Assembly: GCF_006345805.1 (NCBI RefSeq)
Contig: NC_043005.1
Coordinates: 54,498,001 to 54,562,000 of the forward strand
Direction: 5' to 3'
Length of the DNA stretch: 64,000 bases
Origin: Octopus sinensis
Lineage: Eukaryota
The notes below the pieces were generated by a model. That model was not told where the DNA came from. It was given only the letters and a program-made list of their open reading frames with translations, and did not search any database. The position numbers and the translations under genes are program-made. Positions 1 through 13,544 of this stretch are shown piece after piece. Each line of letters starts with the position of its first letter. The stretch's first letter is position 1.

Positions 1-402
1 TTTGCAAGCAGCATGCAAGAGTAAAAAAAATATATGTGCACACAAGGTTATCAAGATCAAATAAGATGTTTTTCATTGGAGATCTTTACTCTTATGTTTG
101 TGCACATACTCATAGTTTGCAAAGAAAGACGAAATTCTCACTCTAGCAAATTTCTGCCACATTCCTAATGCTGAAAATAAATGGGAACATTAACCACTGT
201 TCAACCATAGCTTCATGAGTAAAATTAGGTGGAAAGGAAATGTAGAAAAGCTAGTTGGCATTCAAAGGTTCACCTTTCTCTCACTGTATGTATAGCTGAC
301 TCAACCTGAGAAATTTTCTTTTCTACTTTAGGCACAAGGCCGGAAATTTTTGTGGAGGGGGCTTGTCGATTAGATTGACTTCAGTACACAACTGGTACTT
401 AA

Positions 403-624
403 CCCTTCTGTTACCATATTTCTATTGAGCTGCTCAGTGTTTCTTTCAATTAATTTTAAATATAACAAAGAATTTAGTAAAATAACTTGGTTATCATTAA
501 GCTAGTGTTAGGAACATAAATTGTGACAAAGGTTTGGTGGAAGATTTTAATTCAAAACTTATGAAAACGAGACACTTGTACTATAGAGCCAGAGATGGTT
601 TCAGCTGGGTTGGTATCGAAAGGT
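403..624. mobile_element. piggyBac-type MITE (TTAA target)
   Basis: TTAA(399-402)-CCCTT...AAGGT-TTAA(625-628); interrupts a SINE fragment; homologous to 28362-28583 in the opposite orientation. Confidence 0.6.
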
Positions 625-639
625 TTAATAGTATTGATT

Positions 640-850
640 TCAAGTTTTGGCACAAGGCCAGCAATTTTGGGGGCGGGAGTAAGTCAATTGCATCAACCCC
701 AGTGCTTAACTGGTACCTATTTTATTTACCCCAAAAATATGAAATGCAAATTTGTCCTCAGTGGAATTTGAACTCAGAACATACAGACAGACAAAATGCC
801 AATAAGCATTTTACCTGGTGTTCTAATGATGCTGCCAACTTGCTGCTCTG
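640..850 (-). mobile_element. tRNA-derived SINE, family C (decayed)
   Basis: Shares ...CCCCAGTG..AACTGGTAC...GGAATTTGAACTCAGAAC...CTGCCA with the intact copy at 55697-55928. Confidence 0.7.
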
Positions 851-1107
851 TTGCTGCTAATAATATTAAAATAAATTTTACTGCATGTGAAATTTGAACC
901 CAGAACGTAAGAAGGCAAAGCTAAAATTCTTTAATGAAATGAGCCTGATGTTACACTCATTATTTTTGCCAACATATTGTTAAATTTACAGAAATTTCAA
1001 TGCGTTTCACAGGGATTGATAGTAATATCAATGTAAATGTTTGGCAAAGATCATCATAACAAATCTACCTTATTGAAAGTTCAGTTATACTGAGTTTTCA
1101 ATAACGT

Positions 1108-1109
1108 AC

Positions 1110-1140
<31 letters not shown>

Positions 1141-1178
1141 TGTATGTATGTATGTATGTATGTATCTATCTATCTATC

Positions 1179-1223
<45 letters not shown>
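1108..1223. repeat. (TATG)n(TATC)n compound microsatellite
   Basis: Direct inspection. Confidence 0.95.
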
Positions 1224-1225
<2 letters not shown>

Positions 1226-1560
1226 TCTGTTGTGTCTGGGGAGAGTCATTTTCTTTTTGTGCCTTATGATTTAACACACTCACTGGTAAAATTTCCACTT
1301 ATTTCTCTTTTATTTTTCTAAAATTTTCGTTGCATCTTGCAACCTTTTCAATAGTTTTGAGAGTCAAAACTATTGAAAAGGTTGCAAGATGCAACGAAAT
1401 TTTTAGGAAAGTAAAAATAAGAAAAAAGTGAAAATTTTACTGGTGAATGTGATATATTATGAGGCACAAAAAGAAAATGACTCTCTGCAGACACAACAGA
1501 ATATGCTTCAACACACGAACTCATAAAGAATCTTGTAAACCAAATCCAAAAACGAAATAT
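1223..1560. mobile_element. Long inverted-repeat (hairpin) element, probably inverted Penelope-like termini
   Basis: Arms 1223-1360 and 1364-1503, 3-nt loop GAG, inner 36 bp perfectly complementary; hammerhead-like TTGAAAA-G-GTTGCA-AGA-TGCAAC-GAAA near the centre. Confidence 0.6.
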
Positions 1561-1773
1561 CTATCTATTAATCTACATATGTATATATATATGTATGTAT
1601 TAATACATAAATATTGAACAATGAGAATGCAGTGCTCAACACTGCATTTGTGGATAGAACTTTTTCATTTGTGTATTAAGGCTACCATTGGTTTCATGTT
1701 AAGAAAAAGTATTTTAATATTCTAAGAATTTTTCAAGCCAATCACATGGAGGAATGATGTTCATCTCCATTTT

Positions 1774-1969
1774 GGTGGGGTGCTGAAAAGTTCCTGGCAT
1801 TGAATAAAAGAAAATACAGAAGGATTAGTTAATTATTCCCCTCTCAGATTCACTCTTATTGTGGTGGTCCTTCAGTTTTTCTCAGTCCTATAAAAGTACT
1901 CAGGAGGTTGAACCTCCAACCAAGCTTTACATGATACCCTTAAAACCAGGAACTTTCCAGCACCCCTCA
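1774..1969. mobile_element. mariner-derived MITE
   Basis: Inverted termini GGGGTGCTG(A/G)AAAGTTCCTGG at both ends; right end ...CACCCCTCA-TA. Confidence 0.65.
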
Positions 1970-2029
1970 TACATACATATATACATACATTCATACATAC
2001 ATATATAAATATCAACTAGATTATAGCTT

Positions 2030-2056
2030 GTATGTATGCATGTATGTATGTATGTG

Positions 2057-2152
<96 letters not shown>

Positions 2153-2217
2153 TAGATAGAAAGACAGACAGAGAGACAGATAGAGAGAAAGATAAACAGA
2201 TAGACAGACAGTCAAAC

Positions 2218-2264
<47 letters not shown>

Positions 2265-2333
2265 CAGACAAAGAGATAGATAGACAGACAAACAGACAGA
2301 CAAACAGACAGACAAACAGATAGATAGATAGAT
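2030..2333. repeat. (TATG)/(GATA)/(GACA)/(GA) compound microsatellite
   Basis: Direct inspection. Confidence 0.95.
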
Positions 2334-2447
2334 AATTTATTGTTCATTTGCCAAATGAATGTGTGATTTTATACTTGAACTCTTGCGTATGTGAGCAGGC
2401 ATGTCACAGAAACACACACATACAGACATGTTAGTACACAGAGTCAA

Positions 2448-2480
<33 letters not shown>

Positions 2481-3538
2481 TCTGTTTCTATTGGTTTTAG
2501 CCATCAAACTATGATTATGGTAGGGCACCACCATCAAGAATTTCAGTTGGTCATATTAGCTTCACTACTTATTCCTGTCTGGTATTTATTTCAGCAATCT
2601 CTAATTATCAAACCGCTACATTATGCAACATGAAAAGGACATATGACAAGCACAAAACCTGTTATAACTGGTGTAAACATAAACACACTGACAGATATGT
2701 GTATTTATATGTGTGTATATATTTAATAATGATAATGAGTTTAGCATGTCTCTTGAGCTGTGTGTGTAGGTATATGACAATCTGATATATGATGATGTTT
2801 GCATTCATATGTATGTTTATGTATGTGTATATACTTATGAATGTAATATATCTTTCACATACATTTATATGTACATGATAGAAATGCACATGTATAAGTT
2901 TGTATTCATATGTGCATCCATGTATACATAGATATATGTGTGACATGTATAGCTTTTGTGCAGGATAGCAGGCTTTTATCAAGTGCTATTAATGATACCT
3001 GGAATCAGTCTTTTAAGAAAGGATTTATTAGTTCATAAGCTTAGCAGACTGGAAAATATGTTATTTGAAGATTTTATTATCTGCTTATTAGCATTGATTG
3101 ATTGATTTTGATATCTGTTTGAGTAACAAATCGCAAATAATCTTGTTTTTGTAATTAACAACTGAAAATTCAGGTAATTTTTTTTTTCTGAAGTTTATCT
3201 TCAATGAGAAGCCAGTTAGTTACTAATAAAGGAAGCTTATCTTGATAGGAGTGGTTGTGCACTTGCATTGCCTTGCCTTAATTGTGGACAAAGTTACCAT
3301 TCATTCATTCAAATATGGTGTCATTCGTCTGCAATCTTCCAAGGGAACATATCTGGCCATTGAGCTGATTATGACCAGGAGTGGGAAGTGGAAGGGAGAA
3401 GGAGGAGGAGGTAGAGAGAGAGGGGGCGGAGGGGGATGGGAGGAGGAGGAGGAGGAGTGTATGCATTACAATAATAATAATAATAATAGCATCGAAAAAT
3501 ACCTTAGGAATGAGATCCCAGGTTCAAAATTTCCCCAA

Positions 3539-3584
3539 GACACCTGATGAAGGCTGGAGGGTATATCAGCTGAAACATTGTGTT
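3539..3584 (+). ncRNA. Minimal type I hammerhead-ribozyme-like motif (Penelope-like terminus)
   Basis: GACAC-CTGATGA-A-GGCTGG..TCAGCT-GAAA-CATT-GTGTT; stems I and II pair; a second copy of the same repeat lies at ~9300-9373 on the minus strand. Confidence 0.6.
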
Positions 3585-3624
3585 AACAAAATAATGTAAG
3601 TTGATCCATTTGTATTTTATAAAG

Positions 3625-4030
3625 CCCTGTGGTTTGGCCACGTGAAGAAGATGGATGAGGAGTGGATGGTAAGGAGGGTGATGAAGGCAGAAGTGGTAAG
3701 CAGCAGAACCAGAGGCAGTCCTCAGTTTGTGTGGAAAGTTTTGGTGGTTAGAGGTGTTGGAGTGAGAGAGGCAAGAGAGTTTATAGATGATAGGAAAGCT
3801 TGGAGAGTGTTTTTGGATGGATAAGTGAATTTGATGTTGCTCAAAAGAGTACGGAACCAGCATTGGGTGGCAGGAGTAAAGCAGCATATGCTGTTGGGCC
3901 CTGCTGCTGATATTGGTTGTTGTGTTCTATGCCTTGACTCGAGAATGGGGCTCACCTCTTTCAACTGGGAAATGAATGGAATACCTGCTGTGTGTCTTGT
4001 TGTGGTTACCCACTCCTAAAACATGGGGAA
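3625..4030 (+). mobile_element. RTE-clade LINE 3' fragment
   Basis: Translates WFGHVKKMDEEWMVRRVMKAEVVSSRTRGSPQFVW, matching the RTE C-terminal WxGHVxRM...RxRGRP motif. Confidence 0.75.
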
Positions 4031-4487
4031 TAGGCCTGGGTATATAAAGATAAAAAAACATCTTTTAAATAGTGATGGATGCATAGCAAAATGTCATATC
4101 TGCATACATGCAAAGTTGAAACTAAATCAGAACAATCAGACTGATATCATCTGACAGGATAAGGCAATCATCAGGTATGCATATATTTGCATATGTATGT
4201 ATATATGGGTATGCAGGTTATTTCGAAAATACCTCTAGGAGTGATGACCATGCCCTGCATAATTACAGGCTGCTCTTTGGAAAGGTATAGTACCCATTCA
4301 GGTATATGGTAAAGTCCTGGAACTGCAATACAGCAGATTGTGATAAGGTAACAGAAGAGCTCAACTGAGCCAATGGTGCTTCTTACCATTAATGCTGAGT
4401 GGAGGATTTCTAGAAGATCAACAGTCAGGATCAGCAAATTCTATCAAGAGAGTAACTGCAATGTATCCTTAGGGTTGGCATCCATGG

Positions 4488-4858
4488 TTACTCTTTTACT
4501 CTTTGACTCTTTTACTTGTTTCAGCCATTTGACTGTGGCCATGCTGGGGCACCGCCTTTAGTCGAGCACATCGACCTCAGGACTTATTCTTTGTAAGCCT
4601 AGTACTACTTATTCTATCAGTCTCTTTCACCGAACCGCTAAGTTACAGGGATGTAAACACACCAGCATCGGTTGTCAAGCGATGTTGGGGGGGGGGGACA
4701 AACACAGACACACAAACATATACACGTACATATATATACATATATACGACGGGCTTCTTTCAGTTTCCGTCTACCAAATCCACTCACAAGGCTTTGGCTG
4801 GCTCGAGGTTATAGTAGAAGACACTTATCCAAGGTGCCACGCAGTGGGAGTGAACCCG
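4488..4858 (-). mobile_element. tRNA-derived SINE, family A (5'-truncated)
   Basis: Reverse complement matches 19051-19464, including the (GTAAAAGA)n tail. Confidence 0.85.
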
Positions 4859-5403
4859 GCAGCCAATGAAAGGTTCATCACATCTCAAACTCCCAATCCA
4901 AATTCATAATAATTGGAAATGGATGATGCCAGCATGTCATGGGAAGCCTTGAAAGCAGCAAAATATATGGATAAAAAATGGTCTTTTTGTATCAAATTAA
5001 ATTATAAAAATCCGTTAGTTTTGAGATGGTTAACTTTGAAATCTGCTTACTATGTCACCAATTAACTTACACACAAGTTTTACTTGCAGTACAACAAACA
5101 TAAATGAGAGAACCTCAGGACAGTCGTTCAATATACCAGAAACAGTAACCAAATTTGCCTCAAATAACATAATATTATCAAGAAATAAGCAAAACAAAAT
5201 CATACATTTGATAATGTAGTCTTAAATACACGATGCCTGAAAATAAAATGGGATGGTCACAGCTGGAATGCTTTTTATCACAGGTCTGCTCAATCAAAGG
5301 TGACCTGGAGCTAAAGAAGAATAACAACAACACCAACATAATACTTATAAACCCCAACACCCTTCCTGTCTGCTTCAGCAACTCAGCACATAGATTAGCT
5401 CAC

Positions 5404-5466
<63 letters not shown>

Positions 5467-5468
5467 AT

Positions 5469-5513
<45 letters not shown>

Positions 5514-6154
5514 CAATTAGGAATGGCCTTAACAGATATACATACATACATACTTACATAAATACATACATATATAAATACATACATATATTATATATAT
5601 ATATATTATATATATATATTACATATACATACACACACACATATAGAAATCAACAGATGGATACATATATTTACATATATACACATATAAGACTTTACAC
5701 GTTACTTGTAAAGTCAAATTTAGTAAAAACCCTTCAGGCTCTCTTGTTTGAAAAGTTTATTTAGCCATTAATGAGACGTTAAGTTCGGCTATAATGTCTC
5801 CGAATGGCAAAATGACCTCTATTCCCTGCTGTGGCCAAATTGCTGAAGGGTTCATTGTGTTTACTCCCCCATAGGAGCAGCTTTTACAAATATGCACCAC
5901 TCAAATAATCACACACATACATACATGTATATATATTCATACATACACTTATAAATATTCATATATATATATATAATCACATATACTTATACATAATCAT
6001 ATATAAATATACACACATATATATATATACATGCACATACATTCATATGTATATTTATATATATATATATATATATATACACACCTATACATATAAGCAT
6101 ATATATTATCATTATTTAGCAATATGCATATGTATAATTATATATAAATACATA

Positions 6155-6191
<37 letters not shown>

Positions 6192-7149
6192 GTAAAGAGT
6201 ATATATATATATTTACTCACACACACTCATACACACACATATATATATACATGTATATATTTTTATATGATATATATACATACATACATGTATATATATA
6301 TATGTACATGTTTACATATGCATGTATATACATATATATATATGTTTATGTTTGTATGTATATATATATATATTTACATATATATACACACACACACAAG
6401 CATATGTAAATAGATGCATACCCACACACACATATGCAATATATACATATGCATGTACTTTTATAGCTATGTGTTTATACATACGGAGAGAAGTAATCTT
6501 GCAGACGTAAATAATTTTTACTAGAGTTGTAGGAGAAATACATATAGGAGTCTTTCAGTCATTATCTTTTATCTTTTACTTGTTTCAGTTATTAGATTGT
6601 GGCCATGCTGGGGCACTGTCTTGAAGAATTTTTAGTCGAAAGAATCAGCCACAGAACTTATTTTTAAAGCCTTATATTTATTCTATTTGTCTCTCTGGCT
6701 AGACTGCTAAGTTATGCGGATGCCAACACACCAACACAAGTTGTTGTTGTTGTTGGTGGTGGTGGTGGTGGTGGTGGTGGTGGTGGTGGTGATGATGTTG
6801 ATGGGTTATATTTATAAATCAAATAGACATTGTTGTGGATTAGTAAGAAATAGTTCTGAAGAATTTAAAATTCACTGGAATCTTCAGGATAGTCACTACA
6901 TAGCTTTCAGCCAAGAAAAACAAAATTATCTTCAGTAATGCAGCTGCTTTATTTATATCAACCATGGTTATTATGCAATGGCACAAAAAAGAAATGGTTT
7001 AGAAGCTTCAATCGCATGTTATCAAGACTATTATCAATCGCTGGGTGCACCAAAAGAGCAGAAGCAGTTATACCCAAAATTTCACTCAGTCTAACAGATA
7101 TGACTTCTTGATTTGGAACACTTCAGTTCCTATAATATCTAAGAACAAA

Positions 7150-7362
7150 TATTAATAGTTGTTTGGTGGCCTCCAGTGATGGATTAGATCTGTAGTCTTC
7201 AAATTAGCTTTCTTCTTTCTGGTTTTGAGAAGCCTAATTTCTCAAGATTGGTATTTAGGCAGTGTGTTACATATCTCAGGGTCCCAATAATTATAGGTAT
7301 AAGCCTGAATTTGTAATCAGGATAGAGTAACTGCAGATTTCTCAATAGTTCAGCATAGGTGC
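7150..7362 (-). mobile_element. R4/Dong-like non-LTR element, restriction-like endonuclease C-terminal relic
   Basis: Minus strand TYAELLRNLQLLYPDYKFRLIPIIIGTLRY...LEKLGF resembles the KYxxL...IPIIVGALG end at 35000-35100. Confidence 0.55.
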
Positions 7363-7510
7363 TTTACGAATGGCTAAGTTTATGGAGAAAACCCTGGAGT
7401 TGAAAGTCTTGATATATCACTTTATTTATGTCCTAAATGCTAAATCCCCAAATATTGACTCTTCTCAGGGACTTACAAGACAAAGTTCTAAATTACCAAG
7501 GTTATCCTGT

Positions 7511-7550
<40 letters not shown>

Positions 7551-8624
7551 ACATCATCATCACTGTCGTCATCATCATCATTGTTTTAATGTCCACTTTC
7601 CCATACTCACATGAGTCGCACAGAATTTGGTGAAGCTGTTTTTTTTACAGCTGTCACTAATCCTCACCTGTGTCCAGGTACAGTAATATTTCCCCATGAC
7701 TAGACATGTCTCAGAAGATACGAAATGAAAGACATTACTTACATGATGGTGACTCTTTATTACAACTATCACATGATCTCAAACCAATGAGATAGTAATA
7801 CACACACACCCATGACAATATTCTTTCAGTTTCTCTCAACCAAATCCACACACAAGGCTTTGGTAGGTCTGAAGCTATAGTAGAGGACACTTGTCCAAGG
7901 TATCACACGGCAGAACTAAACCCAAAACCACGTTGATGAGAAGCAAACTTCTTACCACAAAGCCATATTATGGCTTATCACAAATTTTAATACAATTTCT
8001 TTATCATTCCATTTATTACAGTACCAATATGTGACTTTGATCTGGGAACTCCAGTTTCTGCATGTTATAAGAATGATTTTATTTCCAAACACTCTAGTTT
8101 CTTTAAGAAATAAAGAATATCCAGAATGAAAGACAATATCCTATACTCAATAATATCTGCAAATCACATAAGAGTGTTTTCACATTTATTATATTTGAAT
8201 TCAGTATATGTCATTTACCAGTTAAATTACAAGATATATTATTAATACTGAGGGCATACCTGTAGCAAAGAGCATTAGACATTGGGCTACTATAAACATT
8301 GGATAGCAATTTTTTTCTTTTTTTACATGGAAGACAGATTTTCAAGAGAAATTCAAATATGCCTCCAAGAAGAATTTTTCATTTAAGAATTTGTAGCTTC
8401 TTTTCAGCTTGAGCGATGCCAGGTGCCCTGCTAGTTGTATACACACCACACACACACACACACACACACGCACCACACACACACACACACACGCACGCAC
8501 GCACGCACGCACGCACGCACACACGCACGCACACACGCACGCACGCACGCACAAACACACACCTGTATAAATAATTGCTTGAAAATTACTAAAACATGAA
8601 ACTAATAGTCAAAATATACATTTT

Positions 8625-8990
8625 GCTTCCCAATCACATGGATCCAGGTTCAGTCCCACTGCATGGCACCTTGGGCAAGCATCACCTAGCACCAATCAAA
8701 GCCTTGTGAGTGGATTTGGTCGACAGAAACTGAAAGAAACCTGTTGTTTATTTATATATATCTATGAGTGTATGTGTGTCTTTATGTCTGTATTTGTCCT
8801 CCACCACTGCTTGATAACAGGTTTGGTAAGCTTACATCCCAATAACTTAGCAGTTTGACAAAAGAGATCAATAGAATAAGCACCAAGCTTTAAAAAAAGG
8901 TAAAAAGTGCTGGGGTCGATCTGTTCAACTAAAATCCTTTAAGGTGGCACCTCGGCCTGGCCACAATCTAATGGCTGAAACAAGTAAAGA
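8625..8990 (+). mobile_element. SINE family A (decayed)
   Basis: GGTTCAGTCCCACTGCATGGCACCTTGGGCAAG...GAAACAAGTAAAGA. Confidence 0.8.
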
Positions 8991-9376
8991 GATACTCTAC
9001 ATCCTTGTACAGATTTCTTTACCTGTTTGAAATCACTACTCAGTTACGTATCTGCTCTAAGAAGTGGATGGTTTGAATTCTAAATACTCAATATAAAATA
9101 TTTTGTTTACTGTCTTTAATTTGCTAAGGCAGTTGGTACCTTCAGTTGCAAGGCGTGTTTCCATATTAAAAAGAAAAATATTCTGTTTTGCACCAAGACA
9201 GTTTAACTTCACTTGAAAAAAAGTTTCAGAGAGGAACTAATATATACATTATTTACATTATTTACATTTGACAGATATTTGTCCTCATCTTCTTTTTTGT
9301 CGGCTGATAAATCCTCTAGCCTTCATCAGGTATCTCGGGGAAATCCTGGGTTCTCATTCCTAAGGTATTTTTCAAA

Positions 9377-9410
<34 letters not shown>

Positions 9411-9914
9411 TATCACTGCCTGGAATCAAACTCAGATACTTGGGGTTAGTAGCCCTTGCTCTTAATCACTATGCCATATATGTTATAAGCACACTTGTAG
9501 CACAGGCAAATGCTGTATTGCCGACTTCAGCAGTGTGTTACTGCAAATAATAATTCATATTATACTTTGTTATGCTCTCATTTATGAAGACTCTGATATT
9601 TTATCTTGAAGGGAAACTGAGCTCATTGAATGATGGGCTACAGTCATTTTAATTGTCTCTAAGACAGTACAGGAGCAGGCTCTTGTGTATTGCAGGTAAC
9701 AAGGTAATCTTTGTTGTGCATGTGTTATGATGAAATGCATTTAGTACATTCTGTAAAGTAGAAGGTGTTAATGGAAATATCCAGTTGTAGAAACCATACC
9801 AAAAATAGAATGCATAAATGAAACTGGTCCCCTAGAAGGTAAGTCTGAATAAGAAGCAATCCAGATTAGGATGATCTATTGGTGTCACACCAGCAGGGAA
9901 AGCAAACAAAACAA

Positions 9915-10170
9915 TAATGATGATGATGATGAGGAGGAGGAGGAGGAGGAGGAACAACAACAACGACAACGATGATGACAACAATAACAATCATGATGAT
10001 GATGATGATGATGATGACAATGATTAAAGCAACAATGGAAAGAATGCCTCTGGAAATAAAAACAACATTGATGGTGATGATGGTGATTATTATCACTATT
10101 GTTATGATGACAAAGAATATGATAATGATGATGATGACAACGACGTCGACAACGACGATGGCGATGGAAA
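9915..10170. repeat. Degenerate trinucleotide tract (GAT/GGA/AAC)
   Basis: Direct inspection. Confidence 0.9.
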
Positions 10171-10766
10171 CAAAGCTAACCACCCACACTCATATCCTCC
10201 CTACCAGATAAAATTACAGACAGATCTGAAGAAGATTGAAGCCAAATACTTGTAATACATTTTAGTGTAATATTCTTAAGTCTGGGTCATCTTCACTTTT
10301 GCTGAAGTGAAGAAATATGAAATTCTCCTATGGTTTCTGTTAACCTATTAAAGACTAATGGCTACACACTCTTGACACTATCTGTCAGTTTTCATTGAGC
10401 TAGATTACTATTAAGTAATCGAAGAAGCAAGCTTGATGATTTTACATCATTAACGTCATTTAGAGATATTGTGGAGAACAATCTAGAAAGACCTCCCTCC
10501 TCCATCTACGGGAAAAAAAAAATAAGATGTCATTGAAGACATTGTTGTCAATTATCTTGTGTTAGTAATTTATTAACTGTATGGAATACATGTTTAAATG
10601 TTTTAACTAGAGTGCCTAATATGAAATGGTCAAGTTAATGGGGCAAGCAAATGACTAACTTAAAGTGGGATAGTATTGCATTGGATCTTGTTGCAAGTAT
10701 AGCATTGTGCCCTTGGCCATATTACTTAACTCAGTACAGCAGTACAGTGGTGTATATATATATATA

Positions 10767-10960
10767 TCGGGGGAGAATTCACAAGAAAACAAAAGATGAA
10801 GTCAGGTGGTGTAGACAACAAACAGATGTATTAGGATAATGCTCAGGAATAGAAAATGTCTTTTACGTTTCGAGCCTACGCTCTTCTACAAAAAGGAAAA
10901 CAGAAAGAAACAAGGAGAGAAAATAAAGAATGTGCAGTGGCTAGCGATCTATCATGACGA
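10767..10960 (-). mobile_element. Penelope-like terminal repeat with hammerhead-like motif
   Basis: Reverse complement matches 26590-26768 and 38511-38645; contains TTGTAGA-A-GAGC-GTAG-GCTC-GAAA-CGTA; abuts (TA)n. Confidence 0.55.
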
Positions 10961-12196
10961 ATGATAGATATATCCATATATATATATATTATATATATCC
11001 ATCCAGCTGTAGAAAATCTGCCAGACCAGATTGATTCGCTAGACCTCAGTCAAATCGCCCAACCCATGCTAGCCTGGAAAGCAGACATTAAACGATGAGG
11101 ATGATGATGATGATGAGAGAGAGAGAGAGAGACATTAAAAAATTTTATATTGGCCTTTGAACAGAAAAAGTAGTACAATCTACTGAAAAAATATCTTGAG
11201 AGAGAAAAGAATCTGCAAATTATTGAAGACAAAACACAACGATAGAAGAATCTTTTGGTAATTCCTTTTTTTTTATTTGAAGACTGGATTAATTGTGGTA
11301 TTTCCATAAAAGATGGCTTGACTGGCTCCTGTGCCAGTGGCATGTAAAAAGCACCCACTACACTCTTGGAATGGTTGGTGTTAGGAAGGGCATCCAGCTG
11401 TAGAAACCTTGCCAGCTGAGACTGGAGGCTGATGCAGCCTCCTTACTTGCTAGTCATCAGTCAAACAGCCTGTAGGTATGTGTGTATATTTAGATGTTAT
11501 ATTATTAGTGCAAGAATTTTTGTTCCAAGAAGGCTGACTGCAATGAAGACATCAGATAATTTATTGCGTAAATTTTCTCATGAAGAGCAGCATAATAAAA
11601 CAGAGCACAAATAGTTCCAAGAATATTCTAACAAAAATATAAACAATAACAAACAAACCTAAATTTTGGCCTAAAAATAATGAAAAGAAAAGAAACATTG
11701 ATATGGGATGTAATTTTAGTCCCCTGAAAAAAACTGGTGGTAAATAAGGGGCTAATCCACAAAAACCAAGGAAAGGAAAGAAAATTTATGCTTGGCAAAT
11801 GATGCTTCGTGGCATCAATTTGTTTCTTCTTTCACATATTTCATTCTGTAATTCCTTCATTCAGACATTCTTTTCTTTCATTTTACTTTTTTAATTTTCT
11901 TTATTAACGTATCAACGTTATAATTTTTGCTAACATTCGTCATGTTGTTGAAGCCATCTAAAAACAATAATATAAAAGTGTGTAAATCTCCTGAATCAAC
12001 ACCTCTTGGTGTCGGTTCCTCTTGTTTAGTTACCATTAATGTCTTTCCACGAAGAGTATTACTCAAAAGTGAAAGGTACATTAAAATAAATAAATAAATG
12101 AAAATATTTCTCAAAAAATGCTATACAACATGTATATATATATATGTGTGTGTGCGTATATATCAATATATATGAGTGTGTATGTATATATAAATA

Positions 12197-12240
<44 letters not shown>

Positions 12241-12243
<3 letters not shown>

Positions 12244-12386
12244 TTATATATGTCTATTTATATGAATATGTACTTATATATATATACATACATTTATATA
12301 TGTATGCATATTTTTATTTGTATGTGTATCTTTATTGGCAGAATGACACTTCCTATCTATCTACCTATCTACATAATATAGTGTGC

Positions 12387-12428
<42 letters not shown>

Positions 12429-12585
12429 TATATATATACATTTATATATGTCTATTTATATGAATATGTACTTATATATATATACATACATTTATATATG
12501 TATGCATATTTTTATTTGTATGTGTATCTTTATTGGCAGAATGACACTTCCTATCTATCTACCTATCTACATAATATATGTGTGC

Positions 12586-12590
<5 letters not shown>
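12241..12590. repeat. Near-identical ~200-bp tandem duplication bounded by (TA)n
   Basis: CATTTATATATGTCTATTT...GGCAGAATGACACTTCC...CATAATATA occurs at 12241 and 12439. Confidence 0.9.
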
Positions 12591-12633
<43 letters not shown>

Positions 12634-13544
12634 ATATATATATATATATATATGCATAATGTATGTGCCTGTGTATGTGTAGAGATAGATAAATAATACA
12701 TACTTACACATATGTATGTATGTGTATGTATGTATGTATGTATGTATGTATGTATGTATGTATGTATGTATGTATGCATGTATATATGTATGTATATCGT
12801 TTCCTTTTTTCTTCACTAACCTGTATTTGGGCTATAAGGTAAATTCTGGCTACAATAAAAAATACCAACGTAAATCAATAAAGAAGGAACAACCTGATAA
12901 TTTTGTTACAGAATTTTTTTTTTCATGCCTTACCATTCTGATGGTCACATACAGGAAATAATATATTATGCGTCAACATTCATCTAAAAGACCGGACATT
13001 AAATCTTGTAATGAAGAGCATAATTCCCAAAAATTCTGAACATTATCAAAATTGTTAGAGCTTTAGGAAAAATGCTCAAAACAGTTTTGTGTGAGCCTTC
13101 ACTGGCAGAATGACCCTTCCCATATATCCATTTATCAACCTAGATATATATATTATATACGTAGGTAGGGTAAAAATCCTGCCGTTTCCTCCTGAACCAC
13201 AGCTGTATATTCTACTATTACAATCCAATATGTGACCACATTTGCTGCTGTATGTTTGTCAAAATACATTAAAATTGAGAATTATGGAAATGTTATTTGC
13301 AGAGATATTCTATAACAAACCAGAAAAGTGAAACATTTTTTGGAATTATTTATTCTCCATTATCTAACATGTAAATCTTTGTAATTTCTATCAGCAAATG
13401 AAACATGTAATGGAGAATATATGAATATATAACACCCAAAAATTTTTGCTTTCCTGTTTGACTATATACATACATACAGACAGACATTCATACATACATA
13501 CATACATACATACATACATACATACATACATACATACATCTATA

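Noticed and set aside
4171-4437. 88-aa minus-strand ORF
   Set aside because: Only a faint VELFCYL resemblance to LINE RT (VxxFCYLG); too weak to call a gene or a specific element.
12241-12590. Near-identical duplication as a functional repeat
   Set aside because: Bounded by (TA)n; slippage or an assembly artefact is the simpler explanation.
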